A stretch of DNA of 64,000 nt from Patescibacteria group bacterium (GCA_041662625.1 JBAZSB010000001.1:118467-182466), one strand, 5' to 3'; shown: positions 29,597 through 39,583, numbered from the stretch's first letter. Notes: generated from the sequence alone by a model not told the origin. Numbers and translations: made by a program.

Positions 29597-31033
29597 TTAT
29601 TTCAATAAATCAATAGCTTTTTGAATCCGTTTTAAACTTTCCGTTTTTCCTAAAACTTCAGCAATTTCAAAAGGACCCGGTGAAGCTTGGCGGCCACTTA
29701 GGGCAACGCGCATTGGCCAAAGCATATCCCCTACTCCCCGCCCCTTTTCTTTAATTAATCCGATAATTTCTTCTTCTAAATCTTTTTTTTGCCATTTTTT
29801 TTCAGCGAGATTTTCCAAAAATTCTTTTAAAATTTTTAGATTATCAGCAGTTTGATTTTTATCTATTTTTTTCCAGATAAGTAATTTTGGTTCGTAGGTT
29901 GGCTCTTTAAAGAAAAACTCCGTGACCGGGACAATGTCACTTAATTTTTTAATTCTTTCGTGTTCTGTGGCAACTATTTTTTCCAGACTTTTTAAATCCG
30001 CTTTAATGCCGACTTCAGCAAAAAATGGCTGACAGAGTTTAGCTAGTTCAGGTAAAGGTTTTTGGCGAATGTATTGGCCGTTTAGCCAGTCAAGTTTTTG
30101 GGTATCAAACACCGCTCCGGATTTATTAACTTTTTCCAAATCAAAAGCCTTTGCCATTTCTTCCAGATTACTAAAAATTTCTTGGTCAGTTCCGGGATTC
30201 CAACCCAAAAGCAAAACAAAATTAAGCAAGGCTTCGGGAAGATAGCCTTTTTTCAAAAAATCTTCAACTGCTACATCCCCTTGGCGTTTAGAAAGTTTTG
30301 AACGGTCGGGATTAAGCAAAAGCGGCAGATGGGCAAATTCCGGCGGCTGCCAGCCAAAAGCTTGATATAACAAAATATGTTTTGGTGTTGAGGGTAGCCA
30401 TTCCTCCCCCCTAAACACGTGGGTTGTCGCCATATCGTGGTCATCAACCACCGAAGCTAAATGATAGGCGGGAAAGCCATCTGATTTCAAAATAATCGGA
30501 TCATCCAAAAGTTTATTATCAAAAGTCACCTGGCCGCGGATTAAATCAGTGAATTCAGTTTGACCGGTTCTTGGTATCTTGAAACGAATAACGTAAGGCG
30601 TTTTAGCCGTTAGCTTAGCTTTGGTTTCAGCAGCAGGTAAATCCCGGCAGCAGCCGTCATACATTGGCGGCAGACCTTTTTGCTGCTGGACTTTTCTTAA
30701 ATTATCTAATCTTTCTTTGGAACAAAAACAGTAATAGGCTTTTTCTTTTTTGATTAACTCTTGGGCGGCTTGCTGGTATTCTTTCAGTCGTTCAGATTGA
30801 ACCATGACTTTTTTATTATCCCAAGTCAAACCAAACTGTTTTAAAATTATTTTTAAATTTTCAGAGGCCCCTTCGACTTTTCTTTCCTGATCCGTATCCT
30901 CAATCCGCAGTAAAAAATTTCCCTGATTTTTTTTAGCAAAAAGATAATTATATAAAGCCGTTCGAAGACTGCCGACGTGCAAAGAGCCAGTCGGGCTGGG
31001 GGCAAAGCGAGTTATTATTTTTTTAGGCATCAT
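29597..31033 (-). CDS. gltX: Glutamyl-tRNA synthetase
   Basis: RFAPSPTG.LHVG, KLSKR. Confidence 0.96.
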   Translation of the reverse strand: MMPKKIITRFAPSPTGSLHVGSLRTALYNYLFAKKNQGNFLLRIEDTDQERKVEGASENLKIILKQFGLTWDNKKVMVQSERLKEYQQAAQELIKKEKAYYCFCSKERLDNLRKVQQQKGLPPMYDGCCRDLPAAETKAKLTAKTPYVIRFKIPRTGQTEFTDLIRGQVTFDNKLLDDPIILKSDGFPAYHLASVVDDHDMATTHVFRGEEWLPSTPKHILLYQAFGWQPPEFAHLPLLLNPDRSKLSKRQGDVAVEDFLKKGYLPEALLNFVLLLGWNPGTDQEIFSNLEEMAKAFDLEKVNKSGAVFDTQKLDWLNGQYIRQKPLPELAKLCQPFFAEVGIKADLKSLEKIVATEHERIKKLSDIVPVTEFFFKEPTYEPKLLIWKKIDKNQTADNLKILKEFLENLAEKKWQKKDLEEEIIGLIKEKGRGVGDMLWPMRVALSGRQASPGPFEIAEVLGKTESLKRIQKAIDLLK

Positions 31034-31236
31034 ATTTTTTGACGTGGGTTTTACTCCTCGGTTTGAGCGGGACCTTCTTTTTTAGTTTTTAATTATATTC
31101 ACAATCCTAGCTTTTTTAAGTTTTGACTTTGTCCGCCATATTGAGTTCAGAGGCGTATTCCGGTATTCTTGACAAAAATTGATTATTATATAAACTTAAT
31201 TGAGTGATTGATTACGTATATGGAGGGTCAAACCAG

Positions 31237-31557
31237 ATGAAAATACGCAGAGATCGCTGTGATGAGGCATGGGCTAAAGCCCCGATTCTGGCCGAGTTTC
31301 GTCAGGGCACAGAGCCTTTGAGGATTAAGGCTAAGGTTTTTCGAGCGATTATTGCTAGGGTCAAAGATCGCCGAGACGGCTTGATTCGTGTTTTGGCACT
31401 TGACCGACCTGACGGTAAGAAGCGCTTGCGCCAAGAAATCTGCTGGGAAAGAAATGGCATGAGTCGCATTTTTCGCTGCCAGACCAAGAAACCAATGGCT
31501 CTGGAATACAGAGTCGTATTGGACTTGGGTAGGCTCACCAGCTCTTTGTCTGATTAG
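31237..31557 (+). CDS. Orphan basic 106-aa protein in its own transcription unit
   Basis: GGAGG SD; TTGACA promoter ~31169; opposite strand to neighbours. Confidence 0.55.
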   Translation: MKIRRDRCDEAWAKAPILAEFRQGTEPLRIKAKVFRAIIARVKDRRDGLIRVLALDRPDGKKRLRQEICWERNGMSRIFRCQTKKPMALEYRVVLDLGRLTSSLSD

Positions 31558-32339
31558 TCGGCACCTTCGTCGGTATTATTCTCCCGAGGTTCTTTGGGGA
31601 AACCAAGGAATCTTTTTTTTATTATTAAAAGCGGAAAAATAATTACGGCATTAATGATTCTTCTCCAGCGCTGCGGTTGTTTGATTAAACGATAAAGCCA
31701 TTCTAGCCCGGCTCTTTTAATAAATCGGGGCGGCCGTTTGACCACGCCGGAAATATAATCAAAAGCCCCGCCGACGCCAATTGCTAATTTCACCGAAGGC
31801 AATTTATCAAGATGATAAAAAATCCATTTTTCCTGTTTGACTTGGCCAAAAGCAATAAACAAAATTTTTGGCCCGGCATCATTAATTCTATTTAATAAAT
31901 CTAAATCAACCTGTTGTGGGTCAGCAATCTCTCCCCCGCTTTCAGCCCCAACGACTTTCAAGTTTGGGAATTCCTGCTGTAAAACTTCAGTGGCAGCGGC
32001 CGCGACCATCTCACCGCCACCCAAAAAATAAACCGGACAACTTTTTTGTTCAGCTAGTTCTGAAATCGCCCAGACTAAATCAACGCCCGTGACTCTTATT
32101 AATTGCTTGCCTAAATATTTAGCGGCTTTGATTAAACCGATGCCATCAGCAACAGCAATGTCGGCATAATTTAGAATTTCTTTAAAATTTGGATCTTTTT
32201 GTGCTGCTACCAGAAATTCTGGATTAGGGGTAACAATATAATGTTGATCAGGTGAATCTAAAAACTGGCTGACTTTTTCCAAGACTTCCTGTAAGGAGAG
32301 ATTATCAATTTTAACTCCCAGAATCTCTACTTTGTTCAT
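31554..32339 (-). CDS. WecB/TagA/CpsF glycosyltransferase
   Basis: VTPNPE, DGIG, RVTGVDL, KQEKW, GVGGAFD, GLEWLYRL. Confidence 0.92.
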   Translation of the reverse strand: MNKVEILGVKIDNLSLQEVLEKVSQFLDSPDQHYIVTPNPEFLVAAQKDPNFKEILNYADIAVADGIGLIKAAKYLGKQLIRVTGVDLVWAISELAEQKSCPVYFLGGGEMVAAAATEVLQQEFPNLKVVGAESGGEIADPQQVDLDLLNRINDAGPKILFIAFGQVKQEKWIFYHLDKLPSVKLAIGVGGAFDYISGVVKRPPRFIKRAGLEWLYRLIKQPQRWRRIINAVIIFPLLIIKKRFLGFPKEPRENNTDEGAD

Positions 32340-32357
32340 ATCGTAATTTCCATACTT

Positions 32358-32501
32358 TTAAACCAATTTTTTAGGTCGAGGCAGGGGCTGGCTAAATCTA
32401 AAGCGCTGGACTTCCTGCGGCCCGTTGGCCAGGTAGCGGCTTTTGGTCCGATAGCGGGTCACTTTTGATTTGTTGTATTTTCGGGAAGAATGGTCTCTCA
32501 T
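32358..32501 (-). CDS. 47-aa basic micro-protein MRDHSSRKYNKSKVTRYRTK...
   Basis: Hand-translated; co-oriented between thpR and the tagA-like gene. Confidence 0.45.
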   Translation of the reverse strand: MRDHSSRKYNKSKVTRYRTKSRYLANGPQEVQRFRFSQPLPRPKKLV

Positions 32502-32502
32502 A

Positions 32503-32645
32503 GAATTTTGAATTTTTAATTTCGCCTCTCGACTCGCTTCGCTTGCTCGAGGCGACCTGAGCGGAGTCGAATGGTCGAATTTTGATTCAATATTATAATA
32601 TTTGAATATTCAAAATTGATTCAAAATTTAAAATTCAAAATTAAG
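32503..32645. repeat. AT-rich palindromic element with REP-like GC insert
   Basis: Reverse-complement copy at 39584-39730; empty copy at 46075-46162. Confidence 0.85.
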
Positions 32646-32647
32646 AT

Positions 32648-33202
32648 TTATTTCAATGTGTAACTTTCGATTATTCTATACTCCGCACTATTGGGCAAAA
32701 GAGTGCTTTCCATCAGTTCCAGGCTTTTGACCGGAATTAACAAATTCGGCAATTTTATTGGTTCAGTTTTGAACTGGCAAGGGCCAACAATTCGGGCCAA
32801 AGTTAAATGCGGGTGCCAGGCTCGGTGATCAACGTCAATACCAATTTTTTCCAATTCCGCGCCAAGATTTTCTTGGAGGCCGGTTAAACTATCCCCTGCT
32901 TTTTCCTGGCTACTTAAAAAAATAACTCGCGGGTATTTTAAATTGGGAAAAGCGCCAATTGGACCGGTAATCAGTTCAGTTTGCTTGTACTTTTGCGCTA
33001 AATTTTTTAAGACAGTTTTAACTTGATTAATTTGTGCCTCATCTAAATAACCCAAAAAATGTAAAGTCAGATGAATGCCTTTGGTTTTTACGTAGCGAAT
33101 CACCGGCCGGGAATTAATTTTTTGACAAAGTGAAAGTAATTTATTTAATTCCCCTTTGATATTTTCCGGTAGGTTAATCGCTATAAAAACCCGTTTTTTC
33201 AT
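32648..33202 (-). CDS. thpR: 2H phosphoesterase (RNA 2',3'-cyclic phosphodiesterase)
   Basis: RVFIAI, HLTLHFLG and PHLTLAR (two HxT motifs); start at MKKR. Confidence 0.9.
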   Translation of the reverse strand: MKKRVFIAINLPENIKGELNKLLSLCQKINSRPVIRYVKTKGIHLTLHFLGYLDEAQINQVKTVLKNLAQKYKQTELITGPIGAFPNLKYPRVIFLSSQEKAGDSLTGLQENLGAELEKIGIDVDHRAWHPHLTLARIVGPCQFKTEPIKLPNLLIPVKSLELMESTLLPNSAEYRIIESYTLK

Positions 33203-33240
33203 AATTGAATTATACCATCCAGAAATGTTATAATCAAGAT

Positions 33241-34128
33241 ATGAAAGAAGCTTTATTCTATCAAAAATTAGAAAATAAACAGGTGAAATGCGAACTTTGT
33301 CACCAGTTCTGTCAGATTGCTCCTGGTAAACGGGGTTTATGCGGTGTTCGCGAAAATCAAAATGGTGTTTTGGTAACTTTAGTCTACGGTAAGGTGATTG
33401 CCGCTCACGTTGACCCAATTGAGAAAAAGCCGCTTTATCATTTTTTACCAGGAACTTATTCTTATTCCCTGGCCACGATTGGCTGTAATTTCCGTTGTGC
33501 CCATTGTCAAAACGCCGATATTTCTCAGGCCTCAAAAGAAGGTTTATTTTTTCAGCGGCAAGAAATTCCGGGCGAAGAAATGGCGCCAAAAGACGTGATT
33601 GATCAGGCTAAAAAGTCCCAGTGCCCCAGTATTTCTTATACTTACACTGAGCCGACAATTTTTTTTGAGTTTGCTTTTGATTGCATGAAGTTAGCCCAAG
33701 AAAGCAAGCTAAAAAATGTCTGGGTTTCTAACGGTTATACCAATCTACCGGCTTTAGAAATGGCTAAGCCTTACTTGGATGCAGTCAATATTGATTTGAA
33801 ATTTTTTAACGATTCAACTTACAAAAAAATTTGTGGCGCTAGACTTCAGCCAGTTTTGGACAACCTGGTTTGGTATAAACAAAATGGCGTTCATTTAGAA
33901 GTCACTACTTTGATTATCCCCTCTTTAAATGATAGTGATGAAGAATTAACTGGAATTGCTAAATTTATTAAAGACAAATTGGGAGCTGATACTCCCTGGC
34001 ACGTTACGGCTTTTTGGCCGACTTATAAATTGAATGATTTACCGCCGACTTCGCGGGAAACGATTTTGCAAGCCAAAGAGATTGGAGAAAAGGCGGGGTT
34101 GGAGCATGTCCACGTGGGAAATATTTAA
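33241..34128 (+). CDS. amrS: AmmeMemoRadiSam radical SAM enzyme
   Basis: DPIEKKPLYHF, GCNFRCAHCQN, YTYTEP. Confidence 0.9.
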   Translation: MKEALFYQKLENKQVKCELCHQFCQIAPGKRGLCGVRENQNGVLVTLVYGKVIAAHVDPIEKKPLYHFLPGTYSYSLATIGCNFRCAHCQNADISQASKEGLFFQRQEIPGEEMAPKDVIDQAKKSQCPSISYTYTEPTIFFEFAFDCMKLAQESKLKNVWVSNGYTNLPALEMAKPYLDAVNIDLKFFNDSTYKKICGARLQPVLDNLVWYKQNGVHLEVTTLIIPSLNDSDEELTGIAKFIKDKLGADTPWHVTAFWPTYKLNDLPPTSRETILQAKEIGEKAGLEHVHVGNI

Positions 34129-34129
34129 T

Positions 34130-35515
34130 ATGCAAAGAAATAAGAAATTAAGAAATCAAAAAATTAAGAAATTAAAGCTATACTCTGTTTTATTTTCTTA
34201 TTTTCTTATTTTCTTATTTTTTTATCCGAGCGTAGCCTTGGCTGAGTATTATTTTAATCCTCATTTTATTTTGACTGATGAAGAAATGACTGACTCGTTG
34301 GCTCTGACTTTGAACGAGGTCCAAAAGTTTTTAGAAGCAAAAGGCAGCGGTTTGGCTAATTTAGTTTCATCAGATTATAATGGCGTTAATAAAAAAGCTT
34401 CAGAGATTATTTGGCAGGCTGCTATTGAAAGCAAAATTAGCCCTAAAGTTTTGCTGGTGACTTTGCAAAAAGAACAAAGTCTAGTGGAAGAACCATTCCC
34501 AACTCAAACTCAATTAGATCGGGCAATGGGCTATCGTTGTCCTGACAGTGGATCATGCAATCCGAGTACGCTAGATTTTGGCAAACAGGTCGACGGCGCG
34601 GCCTGGCAATTTCGCCAATACTTTGATAATCCATTCAACTGGAATTATCAAAAGGGCCAGACTTATGTAGTTGATGATTATTTAATAACTCCAGTCAATC
34701 AGGCCACGGCTTGCCTTTATAATTATACCCCTCATTACTCTGGCAACCGGCATTTTTGGCAAATTTGGCAGAGCTACTGGGGCCGCGATTACCTCGATGG
34801 TTCACTTTTAAAAGGTTATGACAGTCCGGCTGTCTGGCTTATTCAGTATGGCGGCCGAAGATTGATTACTTCCTGGGGAGTTTTGATTTCCCGCTTTGAT
34901 CCGAAGAAAATAATTACCGTTTCCCAAACCGATTTGGAAAAATATGAAATTGGCCCACCGATTAAATTTTATAACTACTCATTATTGGAAGCGCCGGACG
35001 GTAAAATTTATTTGTTAGTTGATGACCAGTTGCGTCATATTGCCAGTCTGGAAGTTTTTCGGATTATCGGTTTTAATCCCGAAGAAGTAATTGCGGTAGA
35101 GGAAGCCGATTTAGCCGGTTATAAATATGGTCCCGACATTACTACCAGTAGTGTCTACCCGACTGGAGCTTTAATTCAAAATAATAAAACTGGCGGTGTC
35201 TATTATGTTGAAGATGGCATAAAACACCCGATTTATTCTCGTGAAATTCTTGCTGCCAATTTTAAAAGCAAGGTCCTGACTGCCGTTAGCCCCGAAGAAC
35301 TAGATCAATATCAGCTGGGCCTACCGGTTAAATTTAAAGATGGTGAGTTGATTAAAGCCAGTAACGACTCAAAAATTTATGTAATTGCCGATGGCCTTCG
35401 CCATTGGATTAAATCTGAAGAAGCATTTGCCAAGTTTTCCTATAAATGGGATAATGTAATTGTCACGACGCAGCAGGCGGTTGAAATTCATCTTCTTGGT
35501 GAAGATATCGAATGA
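34130..35515 (+). CDS. Secreted protein with hemagglutinin/lysozyme-like N-domain and repeated surface modules
   Basis: LVTLQKEQSL, GYRCPD, LYNYTPH; repeated G.LI....VY.I..G modules. Confidence 0.7.
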   Translation: MQRNKKLRNQKIKKLKLYSVLFSYFLIFLFFYPSVALAEYYFNPHFILTDEEMTDSLALTLNEVQKFLEAKGSGLANLVSSDYNGVNKKASEIIWQAAIESKISPKVLLVTLQKEQSLVEEPFPTQTQLDRAMGYRCPDSGSCNPSTLDFGKQVDGAAWQFRQYFDNPFNWNYQKGQTYVVDDYLITPVNQATACLYNYTPHYSGNRHFWQIWQSYWGRDYLDGSLLKGYDSPAVWLIQYGGRRLITSWGVLISRFDPKKIITVSQTDLEKYEIGPPIKFYNYSLLEAPDGKIYLLVDDQLRHIASLEVFRIIGFNPEEVIAVEEADLAGYKYGPDITTSSVYPTGALIQNNKTGGVYYVEDGIKHPIYSREILAANFKSKVLTAVSPEELDQYQLGLPVKFKDGELIKASNDSKIYVIADGLRHWIKSEEAFAKFSYKWDNVIVTTQQAVEIHLLGEDIE

Positions 35516-35537
35516 TGTATAATTTATAATTAATTTT

Positions 35538-36335
35538 ATGCCGTTAGTTTTTTCTGCCATTACTCCTCATCCGCCGGTTTTGATTCCGGAGATTGGCAAG
35601 GACAATTTAAAAAAGTTGGTTAAAACTGAAGAGGCAATGAAAAAGTTGGAGCAAGAATTTTATGCTTCAAAGCCGGAAAGTATTTTAATTATTTCCCCCC
35701 ACGGCGAAATTTTTGACAGTTCCTTTAATATTAATTTAAGCGCTGACTACTCGGCCAACTTTAAAGAATTTGGTGATTTCGGTTTGGAATTAAAATTTAA
35801 AAGTGATTACATGTCAATTCAGGAAATCCGGGCGGCTGACGAAACCCAAAAGGCAGTCGCTGTAGCTTTGACCAGCAATCAGGAGCTGGATCATGGTTGT
35901 TCTATCCCGCTCTATTATTTGACCCAGCATCTTAAAAATATCCCAATTATCCCGGTTACCTATTCTGGTTTAGATTTAAAGCAGCATTTCATTTTTGGTC
36001 AGTTTTTATATCAGCAGTTGGCTAAAATTAATAAACGTTTTGCCGTGATTGCTTCTGGTGATTTATCTCATCGTTTAACTAAAGATGCTCCTGGTGGTTA
36101 TTCTGCCCAAGGTAAAGAATTTGATAAAAAATTAGTTGGTTTAATTAAAAAAAAGGATGTTCAGGGAATTTTGAACATCGATCCAAAGTTAGGCCAGGAA
36201 GCTGGCGAGTGTGGCCTGCGGTCAATTGCAATTCTTCTGGGAATAATCGAATCACTTAATACAAAAACCGACGTGCTATCTTATGAAGGACCTTTTGGCG
36301 TCGGTTACTTAGTTTGCAATTTTCAGTTAGTTTAG
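35538..36335 (+). CDS. amrB: AmmeMemoRadiSam protein B / LigB-fold protein
   Basis: PHPPVLIPEIG, DHG, ASGDLSH, SYEGPFGVGY. Confidence 0.85.
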   Translation: MPLVFSAITPHPPVLIPEIGKDNLKKLVKTEEAMKKLEQEFYASKPESILIISPHGEIFDSSFNINLSADYSANFKEFGDFGLELKFKSDYMSIQEIRAADETQKAVAVALTSNQELDHGCSIPLYYLTQHLKNIPIIPVTYSGLDLKQHFIFGQFLYQQLAKINKRFAVIASGDLSHRLTKDAPGGYSAQGKEFDKKLVGLIKKKDVQGILNIDPKLGQEAGECGLRSIAILLGIIESLNTKTDVLSYEGPFGVGYLVCNFQLV

Positions 36336-36377
36336 AAAAGAAATCAGAAATCAGAGATTATAAAACAGAGACTAAAA

Positions 36378-36659
36378 TTAGTTCTCTGATTTTTTATTGG
36401 CTAGCTTGAAGAAGTATTTCCAGCACTCTCCTGTCTGGCAAAGTTCTTTGGTGTCATTAAGGCATTTTTCCACAAATTGTTTGGGATTTTCCTTGCAGAC
36501 TTTGAAGACAGAATTTCTTTTATAAGACGGAATGTTTAATTCTTCAATTATTTTTAAGGCAAAGTCTTGCCAAGGATAAGCCGGCGGTTTGACGGTCTTT
36601 TTTTGTTTGATAATATCTTGGAAATTCTGGGGGCCAGTATTGATTTTTGAGGTATTCAT
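36378..36659 (-). CDS. Hypothetical protein
   Basis: 93-aa ORF with host-like composition. Confidence 0.6.
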   Translation of the reverse strand: MNTSKINTGPQNFQDIIKQKKTVKPPAYPWQDFALKIIEELNIPSYKRNSVFKVCKENPKQFVEKCLNDTKELCQTGECWKYFFKLANKKSEN

Positions 36660-36724
36660 AGTATTAAAATTATATCAATTTTTTGTTAATAAAAAAAGAG
36701 ATTCGCCAAATTAAGGGCAAATCA

Positions 36725-36892
36725 CTACAAGGAACTTAGGCTATCGCCATAGATACCACTTGGCCGCCGACCAATGATCCAAGCACCGAATTCCCAGAGA
36801 AATACCCCTAGAGCGATGGCGAGAACAGCGATCGTCACGCCGGCAATAAAAAGGAATTCGGACAGAGTTAGTCTGTGATTGGTTGTTGGCAT
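36725..36892 (-). CDS. Orphan 55-aa single-TM peptide
   Basis: MPTTNHRL... start; third of three coupled small ORFs. Confidence 0.55.
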   Translation of the reverse strand: MPTTNHRLTLSEFLFIAGVTIAVLAIALGVFLWEFGAWIIGRRPSGIYGDSLSSL

Positions 36893-36896
36893 CTTT

Positions 36897-37124
36897 CTAC
36901 ATCTCCCACTTGGAAGAGCCGTGTGGCGATTGGGGTGGGTACGGGAACTCGTCACGGGCGACGTTTTCCCAGATTGAGCAAACCCGGTCAAAGAGCCACG
37001 ATAACGCCAGCCCCAGAGCCAGTACAATGCCGAAGGCTTGTCGTCTGACTAGAACTAGCAGACTCGCGCCGACGGCAAGTAGAATTATAACAATTGCCGT
37101 CCAGGTGGTAATGTCTCTTACCAT
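36897..37124 (-). CDS. Orphan 75-aa two-TM peptide
   Basis: GGAGG SD before MVRDITT. Confidence 0.65.
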   Translation of the reverse strand: MVRDITTWTAIVIILLAVGASLLVLVRRQAFGIVLALGLALSWLFDRVCSIWENVARDEFPYPPQSPHGSSKWEM

Positions 37125-37126
37125 GA

Positions 37127-37276
37127 TCAGTCCTCCCTTATGACCAGAATGCCAAGGCCGCCAAAACAGATGGCACCTACATTCAGGCCGGCTACAATGA
37201 CTAGTACGGCTAGGTGTTTGGCTAGCCAAACTATTATTGCTGCTTGCCACAGAGCAATAAAAAGATCTCCTATCAT
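37127..37276 (-). CDS. Orphan 49-aa hydrophobic peptide MIGDLFIALWQAAIIVWLAK...
   Basis: Hand-translated; GGAGG SD; promoter TTGACT-17-TAAGCT upstream. Confidence 0.6.
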   Translation of the reverse strand: MIGDLFIALWQAAIIVWLAKHLAVLVIVAGLNVGAICFGGLGILVIRED

Positions 37277-37415
37277 AATCAAGCCCTCCGTTGTTGTCCA
37301 CTGCAGTGAGCTTAGATAATTTATAGAAAAAAGTCAATTATAGATATAGAAAAACCCGGCGGTCGCAGGGCGACGTCGGGTGTGAATCTTCCCTCGGTTC
37401 ATCAAGGAGTTTTCC

Positions 37416-37562
37416 TCAAATTCCTTTGGGCGGAGTGTACCAGTGTTTTGGTCTCACAAAACCAATGAGCAGGTCGGACCAAGCCATCGGCGGCCATGTC
37501 AACCAAAGGTTGAACGCGACAATGGCTAACACTCCAACTATTACCGCAATGATCCACCACAT
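37416..37562 (-). CDS. Orphan 48-aa Trp-rich TM peptide MWWIIAVIVGVLAIVAFNLWLTWPP...
   Basis: Hand-translated; GGAGGT SD; own promoter and terminator (37351-37381). Confidence 0.6.
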   Translation of the reverse strand: MWWIIAVIVGVLAIVAFNLWLTWPPMAWSDLLIGFVRPKHWYTPPKGI

Positions 37563-37923
37563 ATCTGTACCCTCCAAGGGTTGCCCTTTCTACTGTAGAG
37601 AATTATTCCCAACAAATAGGGTAGTTCTCCCGGAAGGATATCATCATTAGCGAATGCAAAAGCTATCTATTTTTAATCTTAAGCCTATTGGAAGAAAAAG
37701 TCAATTTATCCTCCTACCTTTTAATTATTTTATAAAAGATAACTCCATAGATTGATAAATGATTTCAATTTGATTTTAAAGTATCAAAGGTGGGAGGATT
37801 TATCCCCAAAAAGAGCTTGACATAATAATTGATTGCGGTATAATATATTTTTCAAAACCAAATTTCTCCCAAAAGTTACCGGGAGTTTTTAATTTTCTAA
37901 CAAAAATAACAACAAAAAATAAA

Positions 37924-38061
37924 ATGCCAAAAGACAATCAATCAACCGTTGATCAGCTGAAATTTTTTCTGACTTTGCAGCTGGAAGCTTACCAAAGAAA
38001 CGACCAGCCACTTTATCAGCAGCTGGAAGAAAAAATTTTGGATCTAGAAAAAAAATTATAG
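37924..38061 (+). CDS. 45-aa helical micro-protein
   Basis: Hand-translated; TTGACA/TATAAT promoter ~37818-37845. Confidence 0.45.
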   Translation: MPKDNQSTVDQLKFFLTLQLEAYQRNDQPLYQQLEEKILDLEKKL

Positions 38062-38102
38062 TTTTAAGCTAAGCTATGCTATAATATAAGCAGGTTTTAA
38101 TT

Positions 38103-38627
38103 ATGTCTAAGTTGCTGCCCATAAAAATTTATCCCTGTCAGGTTTTACGCCAGAAATCAGAGGAACTAAAAACCGAAGAGCTGCATCAATCCGAGATTAA
38201 GCAGCTTATTTTGGATATGGAAAAAACCATGCGGGAAAAAGATGGTGTCGGTTTGGCTGCTCCCCAGGTGGGAGTTAATAAAAGGATTGTCGCGATTGAA
38301 ATTGCCGCGGATAACCCACGTTATCCCGGTCATTCCCCGGTTTCGTCATTAGTTCTCATTAATCCAAAAATTTTAAGAAAGTCATGGAAAAAAGAAATCA
38401 TGGAAGAAGGCTGTTTGAGCCTGCCTGAGATTTTTGGTCTGGTTAAACGTTCAGCCAAAATCACCGTAGTTGCCTTGGACCGTAATGGCAAAAAAATAAC
38501 CTTCAAGGCTTCGGGAATGTTTGCCCGGGTGGTGCAACATGAAGTTGATCATCTTGATGGAGTTTTGTTTATTGATCGAGCCAAGGAGATTGTTAAGGGA
38601 AAAGAAAAATTAAAGAAGATGAATTAG
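38103..38627 (+). CDS. def: Peptide deformylase
   Basis: GVGLAAPQ, EGCLS, QHEVDHLDG. Confidence 0.96.
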   Translation: MSKLLPIKIYPCQVLRQKSEELKTEELHQSEIKQLILDMEKTMREKDGVGLAAPQVGVNKRIVAIEIAADNPRYPGHSPVSSLVLINPKILRKSWKKEIMEEGCLSLPEIFGLVKRSAKITVVALDRNGKKITFKASGMFARVVQHEVDHLDGVLFIDRAKEIVKGKEKLKKMN

Positions 38628-38632
38628 GAATT

Positions 38633-39583
38633 ATGAATATGGAAGTTTCAAAGTCAAAAATTGTTTTTCTCGGCACGCCTGAGTTTGCTATGCCAATCTT
38701 GCAGGCTTTAATTGGCAATAATTATAAGCTAGCCTTAGTTATTACTCAGCCGGATAAACCAGCAGGACGTAAACAAGAATTAATTCCCCCACCGATTAAA
38801 GTTTTAGCTCAGAAAAATAATCTGGCAATTGCCCAGCCAAATAATAAAAAAGAATTAGCCGCTATCTTTGAACAGAATAAATTTGATCTGGCAGTATTAG
38901 CGGCCTATGGCATGATTATTCCTGACGAAATTTTGACCAAACCGAAGTTTGGTTTTTTAAATATTCATCCTTCGCTTTTGCCGAAGTATCGTGGCTCTTC
39001 ACCAATTCAATCAGCAATTTTGACCGGCGACAAAAAAACTGGCGTTAGCATCATTCAGCTTGCCAAAAAGATTGATGCCGGTCCGATAGTAGCCCAAGCA
39101 GAGACGGAAATTGAACCTCAAGACAATGTCGAAATACTAAGCCAGAAATTAGCGGAATTGGGTGGGCAGTTGCTAATTGAAACTATACCGGGTTATCTGA
39201 AAGGTGAGGTTAAATTACGGCCGCAAAACGAAACCGAAGCCACTTTTACTAAGATGATTGAACGCGAAGATGGCCTGATAAATTGGCAAAAAACAGCCAG
39301 TCAAATAGAACGGCAATTTCGGGCTTTTTACCCTTGGCCAGGTGTATTTACCCACTTGGCGGGCAAACGCCTTAAAATCGCAAATTTAGGCGTTTTAGAG
39401 GGTGATTTTAAGCCTAATCTAGGTCCAGGGACGGTATTTTTAGGGCCAAATCAAACCTTGGCAGTTAAATGTGGTCAGGGCGCAGTTGAACTTAAGGCGG
39501 TCCAGCTTGAAGGTAAAAAAGAACTGCTCGGCAAAGAATTTTTACGCGGGCAGAAAGAGTTGATTGGAAAGATTTTGGAATAA
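38633..39583 (+). CDS. fmt: Methionyl-tRNA formyltransferase
   Basis: FLGTPEFA, NIHPSLLPKYRG. Confidence 0.96.
   Translation: MNMEVSKSKIVFLGTPEFAMPILQALIGNNYKLALVITQPDKPAGRKQELIPPPIKVLAQKNNLAIAQPNNKKELAAIFEQNKFDLAVLAAYGMIIPDEILTKPKFGFLNIHPSLLPKYRGSSPIQSAILTGDKKTGVSIIQLAKKIDAGPIVAQAETEIEPQDNVEILSQKLAELGGQLLIETIPGYLKGEVKLRPQNETEATFTKMIEREDGLINWQKTASQIERQFRAFYPWPGVFTHLAGKRLKIANLGVLEGDFKPNLGPGTVFLGPNQTLAVKCGQGAVELKAVQLEGKKELLGKEFLRGQKELIGKILE

Noticed and set aside
32648-33589. 313-aa version of thpR
   Set aside because: The extension is the antisense of amrS; the 2H domain starts at MKKR (33202).
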